DNA of 64,000 nt, taken from assembly GCA_963755825.1 (NCBI GenBank), contig CAVWLA010000003.1, positions 1,472,940 through 1,536,939 on the forward strand, written 5' to 3'. Position 1 is the first letter of the stretch. Every line of letters begins with the position of its first letter. Positions 34,465-43,085 of this stretch are shown piece by piece. The position numbers were made by a program, and so were the translations under genes. The DNA comes from an uncultured Acidobacteriota bacterium. GTDB taxonomy: Bacteria > Acidobacteriota > Thermoanaerobaculia > Multivoradales > UBA5704. Below the pieces are notes generated by a model. That model worked only from the letters and a program-made list of their open reading frames with translations, did not search any database and was not told the origin of the DNA.

Positions 34465-36912
34465 ATGCCGACACCCTCGAGGCTCTGCGCAGCGACGCTC
34501 TTCATCGCCTGGGCCGCGCTCTGGCCCGCCGCCCCGCTGCGGGGCCAGGAAGCCGCAGGCCAACCAGCGACGCAGCCGACGACTCCGGCGACGACCACGA
34601 CGCCGGCGCCTTCCACGACGCCGACGCACCACCACGGCGAGAAGAAGGAAGAGCCCGCCAAGCCGGCGACGCCCGTCGTTCCCGCCGCGCCGGTCAACCC
34701 GGCCGACATCATGGGGCCGCCGGCGGAGCTCGCCGCCCGCATCAACTTCACCCTCAACTTCCCCAAGGACAAGAAGGGCGGCGGCGGCACCGCGGTGGGC
34801 AGCGCCGCGACGCTCGAGTACGTGCGGCAGGACCACGCGGTGCTCACCGGCGACGTCCACGTCAAGTACCAGGACATGGACATCTACGCCGACCGCGCCG
34901 AGATCGACCTCACCACCAAGGCGGTGACCGGCGAGGGCAACGTCATCCTCGACCAGGGGCCGCGGCGGATGACCGGCGAGACGCTCACCTGGGACCTCGA
35001 CACCAAGACCGGCCGCCTCGACAACGCCACCGGCCAGATGTCGCCCGACTACTACTTCACCGGCACGACGATCGAGAAGACCGGCGACGACACCTACGAG
35101 GTCATCAACGGCATCTTCACCGCCTGCACACAGGACGATCCCGACTGGAGCTTCCACATGGCGCGCGCCGAGGTCCAGGTCGAGGGCTACGCCCGCCTGC
35201 ACCACACCTCGATGCGGGTCAAGCGCCTGCCGGTGCTCTACACCCCGTACCTGCTCTACCCGACGCGCACCGAGCGCACCTCCGGCCTCCTCATCCCCAA
35301 CATCGGCTACTCGGAGGCCCGCGGCGGCCTCCTCGGCCTCGCCTACTACCAGGTGCTGGGGCGGAGCTACGACACCACCTTCCACCTCGACGCCTACGCC
35401 AAGAACTACCTCGGCGTCGGCGACGAGTTCCGCTACAACCCCACCGAGGGGACGATCGGCTCGATCGTCGGCTACGCCATCAAGGACCCGGTGCTCGACA
35501 AGGAGCGCTGGAAGATCGACATCAACCACACCACCACCGACCTGCCGTTCGGCATGCGGGCGGTGGTCTCGGTGCTGCGCTTCTCCGACTTCAACTTCCC
35601 GCGCGACTTCGAGCGCGACTTCAGCATCAACACCCTGCGCACCGTCTACAGCAAGGGTTTCATCACCGGCAACTGGGGTCCCAACCTGCTCAACCTGCTG
35701 TTCGACGACCGCCAGACGCTGATCGGCTTCACCCCCAGCGGCAACTTCAACATCACCGAGCAGAGGAAGCTCCCCGAGCTCGAGTACCGCCTGCGCTCGA
35801 CCGAGCTGGGCAACTCGAACCTCTACCTGCAGATGAGGAGCTCGGTCGACCAGCTCGACGTCGCCCAGAAGGGCCTCGGCGTCTACAGCCGCGCCGACCT
35901 CTTTCCCGAGCTGACGCTCCCCGTGCACTCCTTCCCCTGGCTGTCGGCGTCGATCACCGCCGGCGAGCGCTACACCTGGTACGGCAACAGCCTCGACTCG
36001 ACGCTCACCCGCTTCTCCGGCCAGTCGCTCAGCCGCACCCTGCCCGAGGGAGAGGTCGAGCTCGTCGGGCCGTCGTTCTCGAAGATCTTCTCCTGGGACA
36101 TCGGCCCCTTCGACAAGTTCAAGCACGTCATCGAGCCGCGCTGGACCTACAACTACGAGGGCGCCTTCGGCCACCCCGAGAAGATCCTCCTCTTCGACGA
36201 CGTCGACCCGACGCAGCAGCTGGGCATGAACTTCGGCCGCCTGGCGCTCGACAACCGCCTGCTCGCCAAGTCGGACGACGAGAAGGACGGCAGCGCCCGC
36301 GAGGTGCTGCTCTTCGAGATCGCCCGCAACTACAGCTTCGATCCCAACCAGCCGCAGCAGGAGACCCCCGACCTCAAAAAGAAGACCTCGGCGGGGCCGC
36401 TCGAGTTCCAGCTGCGCTTCAACCCGACGGCGACCACCAGCCTCGACGCGCGCGCCAGCTACGACACCCTCTTCTCGCACCTGCAGTCGACGTCGTTCTC
36501 CGGCAACCTGGCGATCGGCAAGCAGACCTTCGGCCTCACCTGGTTCACCTCCTACCAGCTCGGCTTCCAGCCCGTCGTCCTGCAGCCGGGCGTCGTGCCG
36601 TCGGTCATCAACACGCCGATCTCGGACCAGATCCGCTTCACCACCTCGCTCAACCTGTGGAACCAGCGTCTCGCCATCCAGGCCGGGCTCGCCTACGACC
36701 TGCAGCTCAAGCTCTGGCAGGATCAGCACTACGCGATCACCTACACCAGCCAGTGCTACGGCCTCACCCTCGAGCTGCGCCAGTTCCAGAGCCTCGACCC
36801 CAGCTTCCCCTCCGGGCTGCGGCAGGATCGCGACATCCGCTTCTCGCTGACGCTCAAGAACATCGGCTCGTTCCTCGACCTCACCAGCCGCAGCTCGTCG
36901 GCCGCGCAGTAG
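34465..36912 (+). CDS. lptD: LPS-assembly protein LptD (OstA family)
   Basis: Signal peptide, OstA N-terminal domain (YVRQDHAVLTGDVHVKYQDMDIYADRAEID...) and a large C-terminal beta-barrel. Internal ATG at 34465. Confidence 0.8.
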   Translation: MPTPSRLCAATLFIAWAALWPAAPLRGQEAAGQPATQPTTPATTTTPAPSTTPTHHHGEKKEEPAKPATPVVPAAPVNPADIMGPPAELAARINFTLNFPKDKKGGGGTAVGSAATLEYVRQDHAVLTGDVHVKYQDMDIYADRAEIDLTTKAVTGEGNVILDQGPRRMTGETLTWDLDTKTGRLDNATGQMSPDYYFTGTTIEKTGDDTYEVINGIFTACTQDDPDWSFHMARAEVQVEGYARLHHTSMRVKRLPVLYTPYLLYPTRTERTSGLLIPNIGYSEARGGLLGLAYYQVLGRSYDTTFHLDAYAKNYLGVGDEFRYNPTEGTIGSIVGYAIKDPVLDKERWKIDINHTTTDLPFGMRAVVSVLRFSDFNFPRDFERDFSINTLRTVYSKGFITGNWGPNLLNLLFDDRQTLIGFTPSGNFNITEQRKLPELEYRLRSTELGNSNLYLQMRSSVDQLDVAQKGLGVYSRADLFPELTLPVHSFPWLSASITAGERYTWYGNSLDSTLTRFSGQSLSRTLPEGEVELVGPSFSKIFSWDIGPFDKFKHVIEPRWTYNYEGAFGHPEKILLFDDVDPTQQLGMNFGRLALDNRLLAKSDDEKDGSAREVLLFEIARNYSFDPNQPQQETPDLKKKTSAGPLEFQLRFNPTATTSLDARASYDTLFSHLQSTSFSGNLAIGKQTFGLTWFTSYQLGFQPVVLQPGVVPSVINTPISDQIRFTTSLNLWNQRLAIQAGLAYDLQLKLWQDQHYAITYTSQCYGLTLELRQFQSLDPSFPSGLRQDRDIRFSLTLKNIGSFLDLTSRSSSAAQ

Positions 36913-36921
36913 GAGCCCGCG

Positions 36922-37989
36922 ATGAAGGGACTCATCCTTTCGGGTGGCAAAGGGACGCGCCTGCGCCCGCTCACCCACACCTCGGCCAAGCAGCTGGTGC
37001 CGGTCGCCAACAAGCCGGTGCTCTTCTACGCCATCGAATCGATCGTCGCGGCGGGGATCAGCGAGATCGGCATCATCGTCGGCGACACCCGGCGCGAGAT
37101 CCGCGCCGCGGTGGGCGACGGCGCGCGCTTCGGCGCCCGCATCACCTACATCGAGCAGGACGCGCCGAGCGGCCTCGCCCATGCCGTGATGATCGCCGAG
37201 GAGTTCCTCGGCGACTCGCCGTTCGTCATGTACCTGGGCGACAACCTGATCGCCGGCGGCATCACCGGCCTGGTCGACGAGTACCGGAGCGGCGGCTGCA
37301 ACGCCGAGATCCTCCTCGCCGAGGTGCCGAATCCAGAGCAGTTCGGGGTCGCCGAGCTGACCGCCGACGGCCGCGTGCACCGGCTGGTCGAGAAACCAGC
37401 CGATCCGAAGAGCAACCTGGCGCTCGTCGGCGTCTACATGTTCGACCGCACGATCTTCGAGTCGGTCCACCGCATCCGCCCGTCGGCGCGCGGCGAGCTC
37501 GAGATCACCGACGCCATCCAGGATCTGATCGACCGCGGCCTCTCCGTCCATCCGCACATCGTGCGCGGCTGGTGGAAGGACACCGGCAAGCTCGACGACA
37601 TGCTGGAGGCAAACCGCATCGTCTTGGAGACCCTCGCCGTGCCGATCCAGGGCGACATCGGCAACGGCAGCCGCATCGAGGGAAGGGTGGAGCTCGGGCG
37701 AGACGTCGAGATCGTCGATTCGCTGGTGCGCGGGCCGGTCGTCATCGGCGACGGCGCGCGCCTCGCCAACGCCTTCGTCGGCCCCTACACCTCGATCGGC
37801 GAGCGCTGCCGCCTGGAGCGCTGCGAGGTGGAGAACTCGATCATCCTCGCCGACTGCGAGATCCGCGACATCCCGCTGCGCATCGACGGCTCGCTCATCG
37901 GCCGCAACGTGCGCATCGTGAAGACCGACTTCAAGCCCAAGGCCTACCGCTTCATGCTCGGCGACAACTCCGAGGTGGGGATCACCTAG
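36922..37989 (+). CDS. rmlA: Glucose-1-phosphate thymidylyltransferase, long form (355 aa) with a C-terminal LbH domain
   Basis: MKGLILSGGKGTRLRPLT...VEKP sugar-nucleotidyltransferase motifs. Confidence 0.85.
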   Translation: MKGLILSGGKGTRLRPLTHTSAKQLVPVANKPVLFYAIESIVAAGISEIGIIVGDTRREIRAAVGDGARFGARITYIEQDAPSGLAHAVMIAEEFLGDSPFVMYLGDNLIAGGITGLVDEYRSGGCNAEILLAEVPNPEQFGVAELTADGRVHRLVEKPADPKSNLALVGVYMFDRTIFESVHRIRPSARGELEITDAIQDLIDRGLSVHPHIVRGWWKDTGKLDDMLEANRIVLETLAVPIQGDIGNGSRIEGRVELGRDVEIVDSLVRGPVVIGDGARLANAFVGPYTSIGERCRLERCEVENSIILADCEIRDIPLRIDGSLIGRNVRIVKTDFKPKAYRFMLGDNSEVGIT

Positions 37990-38055
37990 TGGCGCACCGC
38001 GCAAGGCAGACGGGCGGCGTGCCGGCGGATGGCGCCCTCCTCATCCTTCCATTTC

Positions 38056-38147
38056 GTCATCCTGAGCGCGGCGAAGGATCTCGGCGGCCGGAGGCTCGCG
38101 AAGCCCGCCGCTCCCCCGCCCGGATCCTTCGCTGCGCTCAGGATGAC
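38056..38147. repeat. REP-like palindromic element: 25-bp inverted arms GTCATCCTGAGCGCGGCGAAGGATC / GATCCTTCGCTGCGCTCAGGATGAC (one mismatch) around a 42-nt GC-rich loop
   Basis: Read directly. It sits in the rmlA-rmlD intergenic space and produces the two short opposite-strand ORFs 38029..38188 and 38041..38235 (...VILSAAKDL..., ...HCHPERSEGS...LRRAQDDE...). I recall these strings as translations of a palindromic repeat family seen in several high-GC soil-bacterial genomes. Confidence 0.7.
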
Positions 38148-38188
38148 AATGAAGCGTCGTCGCGGATCTCCTCCCCGGCGTCCGCGTC

Positions 38189-39055
38189 ATGAGAACCCTC
38201 ATCCTCGGCGGCGGCGGGATGCTCGGCCGCGCCATGGCGGCGGAGGCGCGGCGGCGCGGCTGGCCGGCGCTGGCGCTGCCGCGCGCCGTGGCCGACCTCG
38301 CCGACCGCGAGCGGCTGCTCTACTGGGCGGATTCGTTCCGGCCCGAGCTCGTCGTCAACTGCGCCGCGATGACGCAGGTCGACGCCTGCGAGAGCGCGCG
38401 CGACGAGGCGCTGGCGACGAACGGCGAGGCGGTCGCCAACGCCGTCGCGGCGGCCGCCGCCGCCGGCGCCCGCTTCCTCCACGTCTCGAGCGACTACGTC
38501 TTCGACGGCGGCGCGCGCGACCCCTACCGCGAGGACCACCCGACGGCGCCGCTCTCGGTCTACGGCGAGAGCAAGCTCTTGGGCGAGCGCCGCGCCCTCG
38601 CCGACCCGCGGGCGCTCGTCGTCCGCGCCAGCTGGCTCTTCGGCCCCGGCGGCCCCAACTTCGCCGCCACCATGCTGGCGCTCGTCGCCGCCGGCAGGAC
38701 GCCGCTCCGCGTCGTCGACGACCAGGTGGGGTGCCCCACCTACACGCCGTTCCTCGCCCGCGCCCTGGCCGACCTCGCCGGGCGCCGCGAGGTGACCGGC
38801 ATCGTCCACTACCGCAACCGGGAGCCCGTCTCCTGGTACGCTTTCGCCCGCGCCATCGTGCGGCTGTCGGCCGCCGGCCCGGCATCGGCCGAGGTCGTGC
38901 CGGTCACCACCGCCGAGTTCCCCCGCCCGGCGCCGCGGCCCGCCTATTCGGTGCTCGACGTCGGCCGCTTCGAGGCGGCGGTCGGGCGGCCGGTCGAGCC
39001 GTGGGAGGCGGGCCTCTGTGAATACCTGGAGTCGATCTCTCGAGGAGGGAAGTAG
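38189..39055 (+). CDS. rmlD: dTDP-4-dehydrorhamnose reductase
   Basis: MRTLILGGGGMLG...SSDYVFDG...YGESKLLGE RmlD pattern. Confidence 0.85.
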   Translation: MRTLILGGGGMLGRAMAAEARRRGWPALALPRAVADLADRERLLYWADSFRPELVVNCAAMTQVDACESARDEALATNGEAVANAVAAAAAAGARFLHVSSDYVFDGGARDPYREDHPTAPLSVYGESKLLGERRALADPRALVVRASWLFGPGGPNFAATMLALVAAGRTPLRVVDDQVGCPTYTPFLARALADLAGRREVTGIVHYRNREPVSWYAFARAIVRLSAAGPASAEVVPVTTAEFPRPAPRPAYSVLDVGRFEAAVGRPVEPWEAGLCEYLESISRGGK

Positions 39056-40039
39056 ATGAAGTCCGCACTGATCACCGGCATCACCGGCTTCGCCGGCTCT
39101 CACCTGGCGGAGCTCCTGCTCGCCGAGCATCCCGACGTGCAGGTCTTCGGCACCTATCGCTGGCGCAGCCGCATGGAGAACATCGAGCATCTCGGCGACC
39201 GCGTGACGCTCCTCGAGGCCGACCTCCGCGACTACACCTCGATGCACGGCGCCGTCGCCAAGTCGCGCCCGGACTACATCTTCCACCTCGCGGCGCAGAG
39301 CTTCGTGCCCTCCTCGTGGAGCGCGCCGTCGGAGACGCTGGCGACCAACGTCGCCGGCGAGACCAACCTCTTCGAGGCGGTCCGCGCGCTCGAGATCGAC
39401 CCGGCGATCCAGATCGCCTGCTCGTCGGAGCAGTACGGCCTGGTGCTCCCCACCGAGGTGCCGATCAAGGAGACCAACCCGCTGCGGCCGCTGTCGCCCT
39501 ACGCGGTCTCCAAGGTGGCGCAGGACTTCCTCGGCTACCAGTACTTCCAGAGCTATGGCATGCGGGTCATCCGCACCCGCGGCTTCAACCACACCGGCCC
39601 GCGGCGCGGCCAGGTCTTCGTCACCTCCAACTTCTGCAGCCAGGTGGCGGCGATCGAGGCCGGCCTCCAGGAGCCGGTCATCCGGGTGGGCAACATCGAC
39701 GCCATCCGCGACTTCACCGACGTGCGCGACATGGTGCGCGCCTACTGGCTGGCGGTGACCCGCGCCAAGCCCGGCGAGGTCTACAACATCGCGAGCGGCG
39801 AGGGGATCACCATCCGCGCCCTGCTCGACAAGATCCTCGCCCTCTCGCAGGTCGAGGTGAAGGTCGAGGTCGACCCGTCGCGGCTCCGGCCGTCGGACGT
39901 CGAGATCCTCATCGGCGACAGCTCGAAGTTCCGCGCCGACACCGGCTGGGCGCCGCAGATCCCCTTCGACCAGACGGTCGGCGACCTCCTCCAGTACTGG
40001 CGCGAGCGGATGTCGCGCCGCCGCCCCGCCGGCGCCTGA
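39056..40039 (+). CDS. gmd: GDP-mannose 4,6-dehydratase
   Basis: MKSALITGITGFAGSHLAELLL, YAVSKVAQD and FNHTGPRRGQVFVTSN, matching the Gmd FNHESPRRGxTFVTRK block; 327 aa. Confidence 0.75.
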   Translation: MKSALITGITGFAGSHLAELLLAEHPDVQVFGTYRWRSRMENIEHLGDRVTLLEADLRDYTSMHGAVAKSRPDYIFHLAAQSFVPSSWSAPSETLATNVAGETNLFEAVRALEIDPAIQIACSSEQYGLVLPTEVPIKETNPLRPLSPYAVSKVAQDFLGYQYFQSYGMRVIRTRGFNHTGPRRGQVFVTSNFCSQVAAIEAGLQEPVIRVGNIDAIRDFTDVRDMVRAYWLAVTRAKPGEVYNIASGEGITIRALLDKILALSQVEVKVEVDPSRLRPSDVEILIGDSSKFRADTGWAPQIPFDQTVGDLLQYWRERMSRRRPAGA

Positions 40040-40055
40040 GGGCATCGCACCGGCC

Positions 40056-40976
40056 ATGCGCGTCCTCGTCACCGGCATCGGCGGCTTCGTCGGCAAGAAT
40101 CTGGCGCGCTGGCTGATCGCCCATGGCGATCAGGTGAGCGGCACCTATCTCGACGAGCGGCCGGACCTCGCCGGCGCCGACCTCTACGAGGCCGACCTGT
40201 TGGACACCCCGGCGCTCGAGCGGGCCATCCGCGAGGCCGACCCGCAGGCGATCGTCAATCTGGCCGGGCTGTCGCACGTCGGCGAGTCGTGGAAGCGGAT
40301 GGCCGAGTACTTCCGCGTCAACGTCCTCGGCACCGAGAACCTGCTGCGCGCCGCGGCGGGGCGGCGGGTGGTGATCGCCTCCTCGGCCGAGGTCTACGGC
40401 AAGGTGCCGGCCGAGCGGCAGCCGATCGGCGAGGACGAGCGGGTCGATCCGCACACCCCCTACGCCCTCACCAAGGCGGCCGCCGAGCGCTTCGCCTTCG
40501 CGCATGGCGCCGTCGTCGCGCGCTCCTTCAATCTGGTGGGGCCGGGGCAGGCGCCGACGTTCGCCCTCCCCGCCTTCGCCGCCCAGCTCGCCGCCATCGC
40601 CCGCGGCGAGCAGGAGCCCGTCCTCCGCGTCGGCAACCTGTCGGCCCGCCGCGACTTCATCCACGTCGACGACGGCGCCGCGGCCTACCGGGTGCTGGCG
40701 GAGCACGGCCGCCCGAGCGAGGTCTACAACATCGCCTCCGGCAGCGCCCCCTCGATCGGCGAGGCGCTCGAGCGGCTGATGGCGATCTCAGGCGTCGAGG
40801 CGCGGGTCGAGCCCGACCCGGCGCGCCTGCGGCCGGACGACCTGCCGCTCCTGGCGGGCGACAACCGCCGCCTGCGCGCCCTCGGCTGGCGGCCCGAGCG
40901 CAGCCTGGACGACGCTCTCGCCGACCTCTGGGCTACCCTGCGGCCGGCGCCGGCCGCAGAGCCGGCCGCAGGATAG
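40056..40976 (+). CDS. NAD-dependent epimerase/dehydratase, GDP-4-keto-6-deoxy-D-mannose reductase (Rmd)-like
   Basis: MRVLVTGIGGFVGKNLARWL, YALTKAAAE and the SDR extended fold; sits immediately after gmd. Confidence 0.65.
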   Translation: MRVLVTGIGGFVGKNLARWLIAHGDQVSGTYLDERPDLAGADLYEADLLDTPALERAIREADPQAIVNLAGLSHVGESWKRMAEYFRVNVLGTENLLRAAAGRRVVIASSAEVYGKVPAERQPIGEDERVDPHTPYALTKAAAERFAFAHGAVVARSFNLVGPGQAPTFALPAFAAQLAAIARGEQEPVLRVGNLSARRDFIHVDDGAAAYRVLAEHGRPSEVYNIASGSAPSIGEALERLMAISGVEARVEPDPARLRPDDLPLLAGDNRRLRALGWRPERSLDDALADLWATLRPAPAAEPAAG

Positions 40977-40989
40977 GCGGCGCTCCCGG

Positions 40990-41427
40990 TCAGTTGAAGG
41001 CGGGCTCGGCGGCGGGGCTCTCGATCGGCAGCTTGCGCCGCTCGGCGAGCCAGGCGCGCGCCTCGCGCTCGGTGGGGTGGAACTCGAACGGCACCTTGGC
41101 GATGCCGCCCATGCGGAACATGTTCATGGCGGTGAAGATGAGCTTGGCGAGCACCCGCGCCTTGAGCGGCGCCTGGTAGATCGCGATGCCGCCGAGCGGC
41201 AGCTGCTGCAGCCCGTTGCCCGCCTCCTTGCGCCCGCCGGGCTCGATGGTGTCGAGCTCCGAGAGGTCGATCAGGTAGAAGATCCGCTCCTTGCCCCGCA
41301 CGTAGTCGAAGTGGATGCGATTGAGCTCGCGCGCATCCGCCTCGGTGACCACCCCGCTCAGCTTCATCCGCAGCAGGTCCGGCTCCTCGAAGCCGGTCCA
41401 GTGCGTCCCGACGAAATCATCAGCCAT
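40990..41427 (-). CDS. Hypothetical protein (145 aa), last gene of the minus-strand TonB-C paralog array
   Basis: High GC3; no family recognised. Confidence 0.45.
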   Translation of the reverse strand: MADDFVGTHWTGFEEPDLLRMKLSGVVTEADARELNRIHFDYVRGKERIFYLIDLSELDTIEPGGRKEAGNGLQQLPLGGIAIYQAPLKARVLAKLIFTAMNMFRMGGIAKVPFEFHPTEREARAWLAERRKLPIESPAAEPAFN

Positions 41428-41531
41428 TGAAAGTTCTCCCTCTCCGTTCGTTCCCTAAGTGCGCATTCACACGCGAACCGGGACTCCTGCGGAGAGGGAG
41501 ATCAGCGGGCGGTAAAGACGAGGTCGTACCG

Positions 41532-41786
41532 TTAGCGCGAGGGCGACGGTGTGCCGCCGAGCTTGGCGGGCTCGAAACGCGAGTCGCAGAGGGCGTCGAG
41601 GCCGCTGGCGTCGAGGTCGCGCAGGCCGCTCGTCCGCCGCAGCTCGGCCTCGCGGATGACGCCCCGCGGATCGATGATCATCTCGTAGCCGGCGGTGCCG
41701 GGGCCCGCGGTCTGGCCGAGGTACAGCGGATAGCGGGCGACGGCCTCCTCGAGGCCTCGCCCAGCTTGCGCAGCACGTGCTATCAC
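41532..41786 (-). pseudogene. Remnant of a TonB-C-domain paralog (84 aa, truncated 3' duplicate)
   Basis: ...GYEMIIDPRGVIREAELRRTSGLRDLDASGLDALCDSRFEPAKLGGTP aligns with the C-terminal TonB-C repeat of the upstream gene (...GFVRQPEILRSSGSHDLDASALQAVCDWTFQPAMLASKPV...) but stops prematurely. Confidence 0.4.
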
Positions 41787-41814
41787 GGCATCGGCCGCGC
41801 GGCGGCCTCCGACC

Positions 41815-42971
41815 TCACCGGCGGCCGACCTCGAAGTTGACGGTCAGCGTGTAGTAGGCCAGCACCGGCTTCGAGGCCAGCATCGCCGGCTGGAACGTCC
41901 AATCGCAGACCGCTTGGAGGGCGCTCGCGTCGAGGTCGTGCGAGCCACTGCTGCGGAGGATCTCGGGCTGGCGGACGAAACCGCCGGTGTCGATGATGGA
42001 ATCGAGGATGACCGTGCCGGTGGTATTTGGATGGACCATCGACCTCGGGAAGCGCGGAGGAGGGTGCTTGGAGACGCGCGGTCGCGTGACCTCGTCCTTG
42101 CCCCGTCCGAATTCCTCGGGCTGTAGGGAGCCCGATCGATTCCGGTCGAGGAGATCTCCCGGCTTGCCGGTCGGCTCGTTGGCGCCGAGGTGGTAGAAGC
42201 TCGCGACCGGCTTGCCGCCGACCATCGCCGGCTGGAAGGTCCAGCCACGGACGGCCTGGAGCACCGCGTAGGTCATCGATCGAAAGCTGCCTCCGATCAC
42301 CACCGGATCGCGCGGCCGGCCCTCCGCGTCGACGACGATCTCGGCGGCCGCCCACCGCGGACCGAGCGATGGAGGAGCGCGCCGGGCATCTCGGGAGCGG
42401 CGCCCGAGAGCCGTTGCGCCCGCCGCGTCGCAACGCCGGGGGTGCTCTCTCCCGGCGCTGCCGCCGCGGCAGCCGCCGCAACCTGGTGCACGTCGAGACC
42501 GGCAGGCGACGCGCCGAGCTGGCGCAACGGGTGGGCAACGAGCGCCTTTCCCACCTCGCTGAAGGACGAGGGATCGACGTTGCCGAGCGGATGGGCATCG
42601 AGGTTCTGCGCCACCTGCCAATCCCACGCCGCCTCCTCCTGCCGGCCGAGGCCGGACTCGGCGAGCGCCCGGTAGGCAACCAGGCGCGCCAGCGGCGGTG
42701 CGTCGATTCTGCCCTGCAGGACCCTGGCGATCGCGGGCTCGATCGCGTCGACCGCCGCCTGCCACTCGCCGCGCTGCAGAGACTGCTCGATCTGTTTGCC
42801 GGTCTCCTCGGCCGCCTTGATCTGCGCCGCCTGGGCCGCCACCAGCTCCGGCGCGGCGTCTGCCGGCGGCTTCTCTGCCTTAGCGGAAGCCGCCGCGAGC
42901 ACCAGCGACAAAACGGTGAGGAAGATCGTCGCCATCCATCTCATGGGTTTCTCCATCGCGGCTCCTTGCAT
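41815..42971 (-). pseudogene. Secreted tandem TonB-C-domain protein, paralog 1, with an apparent frameshift (or sequencing error) near 42.33-42.42 kb
   Basis: The signal peptide and N-terminal domain lie in ORF 42297..42971 (MRWMATIFLTVLSLVLAAASAKA...AWDWQVAQNLDAHPLGN...AHPLRQ). The two TonB-C-like repeats lie in a different frame, ORF 41815..42765 (PPSLGPRWAAAEIVVDAEGRPRDPVVIGGS...WTFQPAMVGGKPV... and TGTVILDSIIDTGGFVRQPEIL...WTFQPAMLASKPV...). Both halves align colinearly with the intact paralog 43086..44600. Confidence 0.5.
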
Positions 42972-43085
42972 CGAGTGGTCGCGGGAAGCCTCGCCGTCGG
43001 CGGCCGGAGGCTTCTATCCCACCCGAGCGAGGTGCGACCGTCGAACGACCTCGGCACCGTCGACGCCGCCATGCGGCGCCGCGGA

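Noticed and set aside
34444-38004. 1186-aa minus-strand ORF
   Set aside because: Antisense to lptD and rmlA, which are confidently assigned on the plus strand
38029-38235. Two short ORFs (58 and 64 aa) on opposite strands between rmlA and rmlD
   Set aside because: Both are translations of the REP-like palindrome (HPERSEGS / VILSAAKDL strings), not genes
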